From IMG/VR virus record IMGVR_UViG_3300024346_000003: 64,000 nt of DNA; one strand, written 5' to 3'. The notes under the pieces are model-generated. The model did no database searches. It saw nothing but the letters and a program-made list of their open reading frames with translations, and was not told where the DNA came from. Made by a program: the position numbers and the translations under genes. The first letter of the stretch is position 1. Every line of letters begins with the position of its first letter. This stretch comes from a virus (taxonomy: Duplodnaviria; Caudoviricetes). Positions 11,290 through 21,562 of this stretch are shown in pieces.

Positions 11290-11607
11290 TTAACCATAAA
11301 GTTGTTTGTATCTATTTACTTGCCCTATATATCTTTCAAGTGCAGAATCAAAAGGATAAGGTACTCTTATTACATCACCATCTTTTATATTAAATTCCAA
11401 ACCACCATATTGTGGATTTGCTAACATAATTAAAAAACCATGATATGGGTTATTATAATAAGTTTGACTGACTTTGTCAAGTCTAGTTCTACTTAATTTA
11501 TAAATAATATTTTTATCAGTAGCTTCTACTGGTATCCTGATATATGGTATGGGTAATATCTTACCTTCATATCTAAACTTTTCGTATCTATCGAAATAAC
11601 TTGCCAT
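11290..11607 (-). CDS. LysM/tail-X-like baseplate protein
   Basis: TRLDKVSQTYYNNP...IMLANP...IKDGDVIRVP; located between tube initiator and hub. Confidence 0.7.
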   Translation of the reverse strand: MASYFDRYEKFRYEGKILPIPYIRIPVEATDKNIIYKLSRTRLDKVSQTYYNNPYHGFLIMLANPQYGGLEFNIKDGDVIRVPYPFDSALERYIGQVNRYKQLYG

Positions 11608-11627
11608 AATTTATTTTTTTATTAATT

Positions 11628-14600
11628 TTATGTACAACCAGAGATTGGACAATTCACAAGTACACCTTTATCGTTATAAACTGAAATAGTACTTTTACCA
11701 GTTCCATTTGGCCAACAATTACAACAAGGGTCTTTTAAGATATAACCCCACTCCTCATAATCTAACATATCCGCATATTTAATATCTTCCTCTGGACAAT
11801 CAAATTGTGCAATCGCTTTAGATTTATAATATTTATAATCTGGATATGCCAAAACTGAAACAATAAATAAAACACCACCATTTTTTACATCAGCTAATTC
11901 ACCTAAAGCTGATTTCCAACCACCTTTTTCACTAATAAATTCACCCATATTTGGTAAGTCAGGGTGTGAACTAGAGTTTATTGTAAATGTTGCAATATCA
12001 ATATTACCACCCGTTGAACTAAATAACCTAAGTTTAGCTTGATAGTCTTTAGATAAACCATTAACAACCCCAAATCTACCTTTTAATTTATCACCATCAT
12101 AATTAATATTAAATGCATAAGTATTAGTAAACTCAGCATTACTAAATACCGCTTGGTCTGGGTCAGTTGGTACTGGTGGTGCTGTTGGTGGTACTGGAAC
12201 CGTTGTTGCAGTAGTAGCTGTTAAGCTAGTTAATGGTTGATTACCAGCATTTGCATTATTATTTTGAGCAAGTTGATTCGCAGTTGGTGTTATATTTGGA
12301 CTCATCTGCGCTTCTGTTAAATTATTTTTGAAAGCAGAAATACTATCTTCACCATTAACAATACTTCCCTTGTCATCTTTAACTACAATAGTATCAGCTC
12401 TTGGGTCATATACTTCAGTATTTGCAAAGTAATTAAATGATACAGCATTTTGTAATTTATTAATTGGTCCAGTAAGACTTGAACCACCAATAAATGCAAA
12501 TGACATATCTACATTACAAATCATTGGTTGTACACCAACACCCTCTGGGTTTAAATCCCAAACCAATGGGTCAAATGTGAAATTTAAATTTTCAATTATA
12601 ATCTTAGTATGGTAAAAATCACCAATTCTTAATATACATACTGGTGGTCTACCAAATGCTAAATTACTTGGGTTATTTGTAGTACCAGCACCTTGAGTTG
12701 GCCCTTGTCTCATACATTGTTGTAAGAATGTTAATCTAGAATTAAAACCTTCTGGCGTTGTTGAGTGAAACGCTGGTTGGAAAAATTTAATTTTAGTTTT
12801 TAAAGTATCATATACCGTTGGGTCTGAAAGTTCTAATTTCTGAAAATAATCACATTCTGTATAAAATCTAGATGGACTTATTTTAGGTAATAAAACTTTA
12901 GGTGGTGGTACTGTTTCCTTTTCTGTTTTTGGTTTATCTTCAGTATTTAAATTAGGGTCAATAACAAATTTAACCGTAACGTATCTATTAATCTTACAAC
13001 CATAAACATCATTTACAGATTTTAAATAATTTCTTTTTCTTGATGCTGGTGATTCTGGACATGAACTAGTACCATCACCACCTTTATTAGTTGCACCACC
13101 AACTACTGCTGCAACTGTTACTCTTTCTGAAAATGGTGGGTCTGTTAATATATTTGTTAATAACCAATCTTTAACACTATTTGCCCTAAGTTCTGATAAT
13201 TTATCATTTCTATTATCACCAAAAGTACCAACAACACTAGCAAAACCTTCAACTACTACTTTACAATTTTTACATTTTGTAAGTAAATAATTTTGTAAAT
13301 CAATTTTATATTGTGGGTCTCTCCAACCTAAATATTTTTTATCAGCAAGTCTAGTTCCAGTATAATCAACTGTTGTCCCCGTACCATTTAAACCAAAATC
13401 AGTTCTATCTGGTTCATCTCTACCGTCAGTACCCTGGTAAACATTAGGTGTGTCTCCGCATTGGACTGATGACCATGTTTTTTTACCCTCAACTAAAAAT
13501 TGATAGCATGATTCGTTATATCTATCTATACCTTCACCTTTACCCGTAATATTTTTACTATAATCAATTCTACAAACACCATAATTTTTTGTTGCATCCC
13601 ATATTTTAGCGGTATCATCAAATGATGCAGTTACAATTTTAGTATTATCTGGGCTGAATTCAGCTGTTAAAACCCAATCAGTATGTCCAGCTAATGTTGA
13701 TAATAAAGCACCATTTGATACATCCCATATTTTACCTGTATTATCAGATGATGCAGTTACAATTTTAGTTCCATCTGGACTAAAGTTAGCGTCATTAATC
13801 GCATCAGTATGTTCGTCTAATGTAAATAATAAACCACCGTTTGATACATTCCATATTTTAGATGTGTTATCTGGGGATGTGGCGGCAGTTACAATTTTAG
13901 TTCCGTCTGGACTAAATCTAGCAGCATTAAGAAACTGAGTGTGGCCACTTAAATTAAATATTAAAGCACCAGTTGCTGTATCCCATATTTTAGCTGTACC
14001 TTCATATGATGCGGTAACTACTTTAGTTCCATCTGGGCTGAATTCAGAACTTAGTATTCCATCAGTATGGCCACTTAAGATATGTATTAAAGTACCAGAT
14101 GCTACATCCCATATTCTAGCTGTAGTATCATTTGATGAAGTTATAATTTTAGTTCCATTTGGATTAAATTTAGCATCGTAAACGGTATTAGTATGTCCAC
14201 TTAAATTAAATATTAGAGTACCATTGATTGCGTTCCATATTTTAGCGGTATCATCATATGATGCTGTTACCACTTTAGTTCCATCTGGGCTGAATTCAGC
14301 ATAACTAACAGAATTAGTGTGTCCTAATGTAAATAATGAACTACCATTTGATACATCCCATATTCTAGCGGTATCATCATATGATGCTGTTACCACTTTA
14401 GTACCATCTGAACTAAATTTAGCAGTAATGAGAGAATTAGTATGTCCAGCTAATATATATATAGTATCACCAGATGTTGCATCCCATATTCTAGCTGTAT
14501 TATCATATGATGCTGTAACTACTTTAGTTCCATCTGGACTAAATTCAGCATAATGAACACTATCAGTATGACCTTTTAATGTTTCTAATGCATTATCAAC

Positions 14601-16970
14601 ATCACACACACCATCTTCATATTTTGGATATTTATCAATTTCAAAAACATCATTTGGAAAATAAACATTAAATGATGGTGGCGCTAATTGTTCAAGTAAT
14701 GTTTCTTCTGGTTTTGTTTGAGCATTTGCAGTTTCAGTTTTATCACTCTCATTTTTTGTAAGAATTTGTTTTGCTTCTTCCAATGGAATACAACCAGCAA
14801 AAAATGATGCAACATAATCATCAAAATTTGTAGGGTTTATACCTTCAGCACCACCAATAAAATTAAGGTAATTCGGATGGTCAATAATTATTTTCCAACT
14901 TAAATTACCAGTTCTTTCAGTATTATTATAAGTATACATCGGTTCCCCTCTACCTATAAAATTATGTTTATCCCAACTTGCTGATGTTGATTCACTGAAG
15001 CTAATATCATATGGTGGGAACCACATTATTCTACCTTTATGACCACTTAATTGGTCACCAGGACCAATTTCACATGCTAATAAATTAGGTAAATTATCAT
15101 TCCAGGCTAAATTCTCAATTGAGAACATATATCTTTTATTGTCAGTATATTTTTTTGACATATCATCAGTCTTATATGGTGCTATTCTAGCAAAACCATT
15201 ATCTTCTAAAACTGATAATTCAACATTTTTTCTAAATATATTACGATTTGAACCATATAACCCTCTATTCTTTTGTAAATCTAAAACATCATCATATCTA
15301 TCGTATGTTGTCCATGTTCTACAAAATACTTTGGCTGGGTCATCGTTAACACCTTTAATTAAAGCATTATATGATAATACACCACTACCTTTTGAAACAA
15401 AACGACCAACACTAGATACGGCAGTTTGTATTTGAGATTCAGAATCATCTTTAACACCATGACCTGTTACAAGTGTTTGCATTCTATTTGTTTCAAATAA
15501 TTTTCTTGTTTTATATAAAAGTGTTTTTTTATTGTTGAATAATGTTTCTTGATTGAAATCTTTAACACTATCTGGTGTGTTGTTATACTCATCAGTCCAA
15601 CCAAAAGCATCTTTATATTTTTTAATTGTTGTTCCAGCTCTATTTAATTCAGCATCAGACTCTGAAACTGGTAAATCATAACTAGCATAAAAACCTCTAT
15701 AGTCTTCAGCCCAACCATCACCTATAATTTGTCCAGGTCTATCATAGTTACCTGATGATATTGGGCTATTTTCCTTTCCGTTTAAGAAATCTATAATACC
15801 ACCATCACCATCACCTCTTGCATATAAATTATAATTTACACCATCACCAGTATTATCACCCTTTTTAATTCTATCATCTTCGTATCCAGCCGCATATCCC
15901 TGTCTTAATGTTGTTCCATTTGGATTAGAGATAATCATATTAGCTCTCATATGATTAATTAAAGTTTGAACTTGACCCACACCAGAATTTTTAAGCATTT
16001 CATTTGCTCGTTTAATATTTGGTTGACCAATATAATCTAATTTATTACTAAATGAATAAATACTTGAAGATTCTTCTAATAAACTTTTTGGTGATTGAAC
16101 ACCAAGTATATTTGCTGCAAAGTTAAGGATTCTACCAACGGTACCTTTAGGTACTGTAATACTATAATTTAAATTAACTAAACTTTTACCTTGAAGTAAT
16201 GATAATGGATTTAAATTTAAACTACCTAATGTTTCTTGTTGTAAACCAAATGCTGCATTATAACCAACATGTGCTAATAATTGTTGACCACCTATATTAC
16301 CTAAAGGTGTATCATTTATAGTTCCAGTAGCACCTAATACTCTACCTAGTAAAGTTGACCTAATATCTTCATTAGCAACCAAACCACCTGTTGAATTAAA
16401 ACCAACTCCTTGACCACCTACAACACCACCGATTATATCGGCAGCTTGTGTACTAGGTCCACCTATATTTAAATTATTATTCTCATCAATATATGATTTA
16501 AGATTTTGAAAAGTTGGTACTGGTTGTGTATTTAAATCAATAACTGATTGTTTAGGTACATCAACATATATATTTTTAGATGTCATACCTTCTCTAACAT
16601 CAGAACTATTAGTTAAATTACCATTAGCTAAAAATTGACCATTTAATAATTCATTTGAATTTGAATAAAGACCTTGATTACCTATTACACTATTTGTTGA
16701 TTGATTTAATATAATATTAGTTTGAGAGTAATCATCAGTAGTACCTTGAAAAGTATTTAATATAGTATTTAATTCTTGATATATAGTACCAGTATTATCA
16801 ATACTATTTGACGGTTGAACCGCAATTGGTAACGTTTCTACTTCAACTGGATAACCAATACCACCTAATAATGATTGTAAACCATTATCAATTACAGTAT
16901 CTGTTACTAAATTCTTAAGTAATAAATAATCCCTAAAGGAAGGTGATAGTGAATTTATTGAATTTGGCAT
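11628..16970 (-). CDS. Baseplate tube-initiator-like protein with OmpA-like domain and WD40 propeller
   Basis: Split initiator motifs WFPPYDISFSE..W...FIGRGEP.YTYNNTERTGNLSW and FGRPPVCILRIGDFYHTKIII; OmpA-like VYFPND...VEGFAS..G...NDKLSELRANSV...NRYV; 8 WD40 repeats. Confidence 0.6.
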   Translation of the reverse strand: MPNSINSLSPSFRDYLLLKNLVTDTVIDNGLQSLLGGIGYPVEVETLPIAVQPSNSIDNTGTIYQELNTILNTFQGTTDDYSQTNIILNQSTNSVIGNQGLYSNSNELLNGQFLANGNLTNSSDVREGMTSKNIYVDVPKQSVIDLNTQPVPTFQNLKSYIDENNNLNIGGPSTQAADIIGGVVGGQGVGFNSTGGLVANEDIRSTLLGRVLGATGTINDTPLGNIGGQQLLAHVGYNAAFGLQQETLGSLNLNPLSLLQGKSLVNLNYSITVPKGTVGRILNFAANILGVQSPKSLLEESSSIYSFSNKLDYIGQPNIKRANEMLKNSGVGQVQTLINHMRANMIISNPNGTTLRQGYAAGYEDDRIKKGDNTGDGVNYNLYARGDGDGGIIDFLNGKENSPISSGNYDRPGQIIGDGWAEDYRGFYASYDLPVSESDAELNRAGTTIKKYKDAFGWTDEYNNTPDSVKDFNQETLFNNKKTLLYKTRKLFETNRMQTLVTGHGVKDDSESQIQTAVSSVGRFVSKGSGVLSYNALIKGVNDDPAKVFCRTWTTYDRYDDVLDLQKNRGLYGSNRNIFRKNVELSVLEDNGFARIAPYKTDDMSKKYTDNKRYMFSIENLAWNDNLPNLLACEIGPGDQLSGHKGRIMWFPPYDISFSESTSASWDKHNFIGRGEPMYTYNNTERTGNLSWKIIIDHPNYLNFIGGAEGINPTNFDDYVASFFAGCIPLEEAKQILTKNESDKTETANAQTKPEETLLEQLAPPSFNVYFPNDVFEIDKYPKYEDGVCDVDNALETLKGHTDSVHYAEFSPDGTKVVTASYDNTARIWDATSGDTIYILAGHTNSLITAKFSSDGTKVVTASYDDTARIWDVSNGSSLFTLGHTNSVSYAEFSPDGTKVVTASYDDTAKIWNAINGTLIFNLSGHTNTVYDAKFNPNGTKIITSSNDTTARIWDVASGTLIHILSGHTDGILSSEFSPDGTKVVTASYEGTAKIWDTATGALIFNLSGHTQFLNAARFSPDGTKIVTAATSPDNTSKIWNVSNGGLLFTLDEHTDAINDANFSPDGTKIVTASSDNTGKIWDVSNGALLSTLAGHTDWVLTAEFSPDNTKIVTASFDDTAKIWDATKNYGVCRIDYSKNITGKGEGIDRYNESCYQFLVEGKKTWSSVQCGDTPNVYQGTDGRDEPDRTDFGLNGTGTTVDYTGTRLADKKYLGWRDPQYKIDLQNYLLTKCKNCKVVVEGFASVVGTFGDNRNDKLSELRANSVKDWLLTNILTDPPFSERVTVAAVVGGATNKGGDGTSSCPESPASRKRNYLKSVNDVYGCKINRYVTVKFVIDPNLNTEDKPKTEKETVPPPKVLLPKISPSRFYTECDYFQKLELSDPTVYDTLKTKIKFFQPAFHSTTPEGFNSRLTFLQQCMRQGPTQGAGTTNNPSNLAFGRPPVCILRIGDFYHTKIIIENLNFTFDPLVWDLNPEGVGVQPMICNVDMSFAFIGGSSLTGPINKLQNAVSFNYFANTEVYDPRADTIVVKDDKGSIVNGEDSISAFKNNLTEAQMSPNITPTANQLAQNNNANAGNQPLTSLTATTATTVPVPPTAPPVPTDPDQAVFSNAEFTNTYAFNINYDGDKLKGRFGVVNGLSKDYQAKLRLFSSTGGNIDIATFTINSSSHPDLPNMGEFISEKGGWKSALGELADVKNGGVLFIVSVLAYPDYKYYKSKAIAQFDCPEEDIKYADMLDYEEWGYILKDPCCNCWPNGTGKSTISVYNDKGVLVNCPISGCT
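13590..14590 (-). repeat. Eight WD40 repeats
   Basis: L.GHT..V..AEFSPDGTK.VTAS.D.TA.IW repeated 8 times at about 42-aa spacing. Confidence 0.95.
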
Positions 16971-16999
16971 AGTATTAATTCTTTATATATAAATACTAT

Positions 17000-17220
17000 G
17001 GTAATAAAAATTTTGAAAAAATAAATAACTTTTATAATATATATTACTTTATTAATTATTATATTATAATATATATTATTATTTTATTATATATATTACT
17101 TTATTAATTATTATATATATTATATTAATATATTATTTATCCATTTAAGACAATGTAAATAAACTGATTTATTTATTAAATAACAACTTTTTTTATAATT
17201 TTAACAAAAAATTAACATAT
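17000..17220. repeat. Extremely AT-rich intergenic region with 27-bp direct repeat
   Basis: TATATATTACTTTATTAATTATTATAT at 17038-17064 and 17090-17116; almost no G/C from 17030 to 17140. Confidence 0.8.
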
Positions 17221-19821
17221 TTATTTACCTCTTCGTTTAGGTCCACTACCAGTAACTTTGCCACCACTTGATGCTTCTTCACTACTTATATGAACACCTT
17301 GAGTTATTTTTTTCATTATATCTGGTTGATTTACGATACTTTCCCAAAATTTAGAATCACTAGGTGCATCAACTGATATTTTAATATTTAAATCATTAAA
17401 TTTATGTGTTGTTTCATTTGATGAACCCCCATTACCCATTTTTTCAGCTAATTTAGCATTACCACCAGCTTGAGTTCCAGCAATTGTAATAGCATCATTT
17501 ACTTTTAAGAATTTATCTTGCGGGTGAAACATAATACCATCTTGCATACCAACACTTTTGAAATCACCAGCTTTATTTTTACCTCTACCAGCTGAAACTG
17601 CGGTTGCATTTTCATTGCCCCATATTGCATCACCAATTTCTTCACCTAATGCACTACCAGCAATACCACCAATTATACCACCAAGTAAAACACCAACAGG
17701 GCCACCAATAGCACCCATTGCAGCACCAGCAGCAGCACCACCCATTGCGCCACCACCTTTCGATACAGTTCTACCAGCATTTTCACCACCACTCATACCC
17801 GTAGCAGCATTTTCACTATATTCATCATAAGCAGCAAAACCACCAGCAAGAAGACCAGCACCACCAGGACCTTTTAAAAATTTACCAATTTTACCAAATC
17901 TACCCATTTTACCTGATTTACCCTTTCCTTTTCCGTCACCCATATCCAACATATCAAGCATAGAACCACCGCCACCACCTCCACCACTAGCTACTGAATT
18001 GAATCCCATACCTAATAATTTACCATTCAACAACCACATTGCTGACTCGCCAAGATATTTTAAAATAGAACCACCAAATATTGCCGCACCAGCAGTAACT
18101 GCCGCTGTTATTGGATTATTTTTCATAAAATCACTAATATATTTTATAAAATCACCAACACCCTTAATAACACCTTCGACCATATCTCTAAATTCTGAAC
18201 TATTAAACCATTTAGCTAATTCTTTAACTCTTTCACCAAAATTTTCTCTTAAAGATTTAGCTAATGGTAATAACATTTCTTTTACCATTAAAATTAAGTC
18301 TTGTATAGTTTCATCAAAAGACCTACCAAATTCAGCTCTTTCCTGTAATGTTTTATCCTCAGCTTTAATCCTTGCAATATCATTTTTATTTAAATCTTTT
18401 AAATCTTTACTAAAGCTACCAGCTTCTATTTTCCATTTACCATCTTTAAATTTAGCAAATGAACTTATTAGTTGAGTATCTTCTTCACCAAAAATACCAG
18501 ATTTAAGATTTTTACCAACTTCCACAATTTTAAGTTGAGCCGAACCCATTTCTTTTAACTCCTCAACAGCTATACCAGTTATTGTTGATATCTCACGCAT
18601 TCTATCAGCAGCCAAACCAGCTTTAATATTAAATTCACCAGTCTCTTTATTAAATTCAATAAATTCAGCAGAAGCTTTACCAACATCTTTAGAAAATCCA
18701 GCCATATCATTTCTACTTTTAAATAGTAATGTCATCGGGTCACCTAGTTTAGCAAATTCACCACCCATTGTTGTTAATTGAGCGGCCATTTCTATTGCAC
18801 CTTCTGGTCTAAATACTTTTTCAGCCATACCAGCAATACCTTGCATATCTAATTTTAATCTAGTAGCTTCAACTGATAACTTAGCTAAACCAGCAATACC
18901 ACCTTTAAAATTAAATCTTTGTGCTAATTTTAAATTGTTTTGTAATGACTTTAATGCAGCGGCACCATTTACACCAAGTTTAGCAGCTTTATTCATAGTC
19001 ATCTCAACTATTGAGCCAGACCTTTCAGCTGAAATGTTAAATTTATCCATTTCAGCAGCCATACCAACAGCAAATTCCTTACCTAACCCAGTACCTTCAG
19101 CCATACCAGCCATAGCCTTATAACCATCTTCAGTCAACATCACCGACTTTCCAATAGCTTCACTATAACCTTGTTGCATAACAGCCAAATCCTTAACACC
19201 AACACCCCACATTGTGGTTGTTTTAGCAGAATCTTTAATAGTATTATAAAGATTGTTAAATGTTTTTTCAGAACCAGCCATGCTTTTATTAGCATTTAAT
19301 ATAGCTTTGTCCATTTCAAAGATTCCAGTACCCTTAAGCATACCGAAACCTTTAGTGATTAAACCTGGTACTTTACCTAAAAAACCAACTGCTGAACCTA
19401 ATCCAGCGCTTATTAAACTAGTTTGTTTTACTTGTTCAGTTAACTCAGCTGTTTGTTGCTTAAGTAAACCTAATTCTTTTTCAGTTATATCTACACCTTC
19501 TTTTTTAGCTGCAATTATTTTTTTTAATTCTTTTTCCTTTTCTTTAAGTGCTTTTATTTCATTAGCATCACCGTCTGCTGTTGCTTTATTAAGTTTTTTA
19601 GTATTTTCTAATAAATCATTTTCAGCTTTAAGTTGTTCTTTTTTTAATTGAGCGACTTTTTGCTCAATAAATTGTAAGTTTTTTTGTAGTTCAGTTAATT
19701 TTTTAACACCTTCCATATAACCATTAAGGTTACTGTTCATCTTTTCCTGAAGTTCAGCAGATTCCTTTTGAGCTTGTTTCCACTCCTCAAATTTTTTCTT
19801 ATCAAATTCGTATTTTGCCAT
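17221..19821 (-). CDS. Tape measure protein
   Basis: Long helical, Ala/Gly/Lys-rich protein; coiled-coil N-terminus; hydrophobic glycine-zipper GGAAAGAAMGAIGGPVG; lies between chaperone and baseplate genes. Confidence 0.75.
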   Translation of the reverse strand: MAKYEFDKKKFEEWKQAQKESAELQEKMNSNLNGYMEGVKKLTELQKNLQFIEQKVAQLKKEQLKAENDLLENTKKLNKATADGDANEIKALKEKEKELKKIIAAKKEGVDITEKELGLLKQQTAELTEQVKQTSLISAGLGSAVGFLGKVPGLITKGFGMLKGTGIFEMDKAILNANKSMAGSEKTFNNLYNTIKDSAKTTTMWGVGVKDLAVMQQGYSEAIGKSVMLTEDGYKAMAGMAEGTGLGKEFAVGMAAEMDKFNISAERSGSIVEMTMNKAAKLGVNGAAALKSLQNNLKLAQRFNFKGGIAGLAKLSVEATRLKLDMQGIAGMAEKVFRPEGAIEMAAQLTTMGGEFAKLGDPMTLLFKSRNDMAGFSKDVGKASAEFIEFNKETGEFNIKAGLAADRMREISTITGIAVEELKEMGSAQLKIVEVGKNLKSGIFGEEDTQLISSFAKFKDGKWKIEAGSFSKDLKDLNKNDIARIKAEDKTLQERAEFGRSFDETIQDLILMVKEMLLPLAKSLRENFGERVKELAKWFNSSEFRDMVEGVIKGVGDFIKYISDFMKNNPITAAVTAGAAIFGGSILKYLGESAMWLLNGKLLGMGFNSVASGGGGGGGSMLDMLDMGDGKGKGKSGKMGRFGKIGKFLKGPGGAGLLAGGFAAYDEYSENAATGMSGGENAGRTVSKGGGAMGGAAAGAAMGAIGGPVGVLLGGIIGGIAGSALGEEIGDAIWGNENATAVSAGRGKNKAGDFKSVGMQDGIMFHPQDKFLKVNDAITIAGTQAGGNAKLAEKMGNGGSSNETTHKFNDLNIKISVDAPSDSKFWESIVNQPDIMKKITQGVHISSEEASSGGKVTGSGPKRRGK

Positions 19822-19823
19822 AA

Positions 19824-21230
19824 TTAGTAAGCGTCAGTAACTCTTATTGTTCTATTTTCACGATATTCATTATCGGTATTATAATCTATTATTAATGTAG
19901 CTCTAAAGTCATTTTTAGTATCACCGTAAATTGAATTTATTTTAAACATAAATCCTTTACCGTAAAGAAAAACAGTTACACCACCATCAACATTTGTTCT
20001 TTTCTTTGTTTTAACTTTATATTTTTTTGTAATATCTAATATTACCTCACCTCTACTAAATGTTTTATCTAATAACTGTACAAAATATTCTTGGTTATTT
20101 TTAAAGAAATCAACAACTAAATCTTTTTCTTTATCATCACCAGACCTACCACCAAATTCATTAAAATTCTTTAATATTTTTTTAGCGGCCAATATTCCTT
20201 TAGGTTTACCACCCACTAGTTTTTTCCAAAATCCTGGTTTAGATAAAAATGCAGCTTTAAATGTGGGGTCATTCAAAACCATACTAGTTATATCCTCTGG
20301 TGACATATCATCAATTTCCTCATCAGATATATCTTTTATATCCTTTGTATCACCAGACATTTTTTCTTCACCATCTTCTTTATCTGACTTACCAGTTAAG
20401 TCAATATCTATAATATTCTTAATTAAGATTTTTTTATATGACCTATTGTTTTCATCATCCTGACCTTTAACTATTTTTTTAAAAGTAATATTGTATACTG
20501 AATCAACATTCTCATCATCAGTTGTTGATGATACCATTTGTTGAACTGAATTAGAATCAATATCAAGCATCAATTCAGCGTTAATTAAATCACTATATGA
20601 TTTTGCTGGACCAGTTAAACCATCATGCTCAAAGAACAGACTATCATCCTTATTATCAATTAAATTTAAACTTATTGTACCACCATTTGATAATACTAGT
20701 TTATATACATTACCAGGTTTTAAACTTTTTAATTCATCTAAAAATGGATTAATATCTCTTACCTTTACGTAATCTTTAAATTTTTCATCTTCAGCATCAG
20801 GTTTCTCAATATCAATAGTATCACCACCCATATTAAGTTTTGATATATTTTTAAATGTTGAACTTCGCCATGTATTAATTGGAAATGATTTTAATAACTC
20901 TTTTAATTTTACTGAATCATTAGTTTCACCTTTAAGGTTATCTGGTAAATTTTTAGGGACATTAATAGTTTTAAATGTCAAATCATCTTTTGATAAATCA
21001 GTAATAGTTATAAAAAAATAATTATTCTTATAAACACCACTATCCAAGTTCTTTAAATAAACTTGACCACTATCATTAAATATCACTTCAAATGAAAGGT
21101 TAGTACCCTTATCATCAGTATATTCTAATTTATCACCTACTTTAAGCTTTTTAATTACATCTTGATACTTTTCTTCGGTTATTAAACCTTTAGATACCAA
21201 AAATCGCCATTCATTAATTATTATCTTCAT
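19824..21230 (-). CDS. Hypothetical late protein, possible internal head protein
   Basis: 468 aa; N-terminus MKIIINE...LITEE; own ATATTTAT motif. Confidence 0.5.
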   Translation of the reverse strand: MKIIINEWRFLVSKGLITEEKYQDVIKKLKVGDKLEYTDDKGTNLSFEVIFNDSGQVYLKNLDSGVYKNNYFFITITDLSKDDLTFKTINVPKNLPDNLKGETNDSVKLKELLKSFPINTWRSSTFKNISKLNMGGDTIDIEKPDAEDEKFKDYVKVRDINPFLDELKSLKPGNVYKLVLSNGGTISLNLIDNKDDSLFFEHDGLTGPAKSYSDLINAELMLDIDSNSVQQMVSSTTDDENVDSVYNITFKKIVKGQDDENNRSYKKILIKNIIDIDLTGKSDKEDGEEKMSGDTKDIKDISDEEIDDMSPEDITSMVLNDPTFKAAFLSKPGFWKKLVGGKPKGILAAKKILKNFNEFGGRSGDDKEKDLVVDFFKNNQEYFVQLLDKTFSRGEVILDITKKYKVKTKKRTNVDGGVTVFLYGKGFMFKINSIYGDTKNDFRATLIIDYNTDNEYRENRTIRVTDAY

Positions 21231-21286
21231 TATTAAAATAGTTACTATTAATAAATATCTAATCTAAAGAAAAATACCCAACTAAT

Positions 21287-21562
21287 TTACTGGTTGGGTA
21301 TTTCTCCTGATTTTAATCTTGCTTTTAATTGGTCACCACTAACTTTAGTTGACCTGGTACCTTTAGCACCTTTGTTGTTTATTTCCTCTTTTTGCTCTTC
21401 TAAAGCTTCAGTTTTTCTATTATTTTCATTTAACAAATGTGATAAATACTGTCTCCTTTCGTAAACTGACATATTTAAAACATCTGAATACGTAAACCCA
21501 ATATGTTTAACACAATAATAAATTTCCTCTAATAGGTAATTTTTATATGTTAAAGTCAGGCC
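21287..21562 (-). CDS. Tail assembly chaperone downstream (T-like/gp51-like) frame, probably reached by frameshift
   Basis: The frame is open well upstream of ATG 21472 (GLTLTYKNYLLEEIYYCVKHIGFTYSDVLNMSVYERRQYL) with no ATG/GTG/TTG, and overlaps the end of the previous gene. Confidence 0.65.
   Translation of the reverse strand, partial: GLTLTYKNYLLEEIYYCVKHIGFTYSDVLNMSVYERRQYLSHLLNENNRKTEALEEQKEEINNKGAKGTRSTKVSGDQLKARLKSGEIPNQ

Noticed and set aside
11628-16970. Eukaryotic or giant-virus origin suggested by WD40, collagen and PolB
   Set aside because: Sheath, tube, neck, gp32, peptidoglycan hydrolases, bacterial promoters and intrinsic terminators indicate a tailed bacteriophage.
13939-19651. 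Short plus-strand ORFs antisense to WD40 and tape measure genes
   Set aside because: Antisense shadows of repetitive or Ala/Gly-rich codons.
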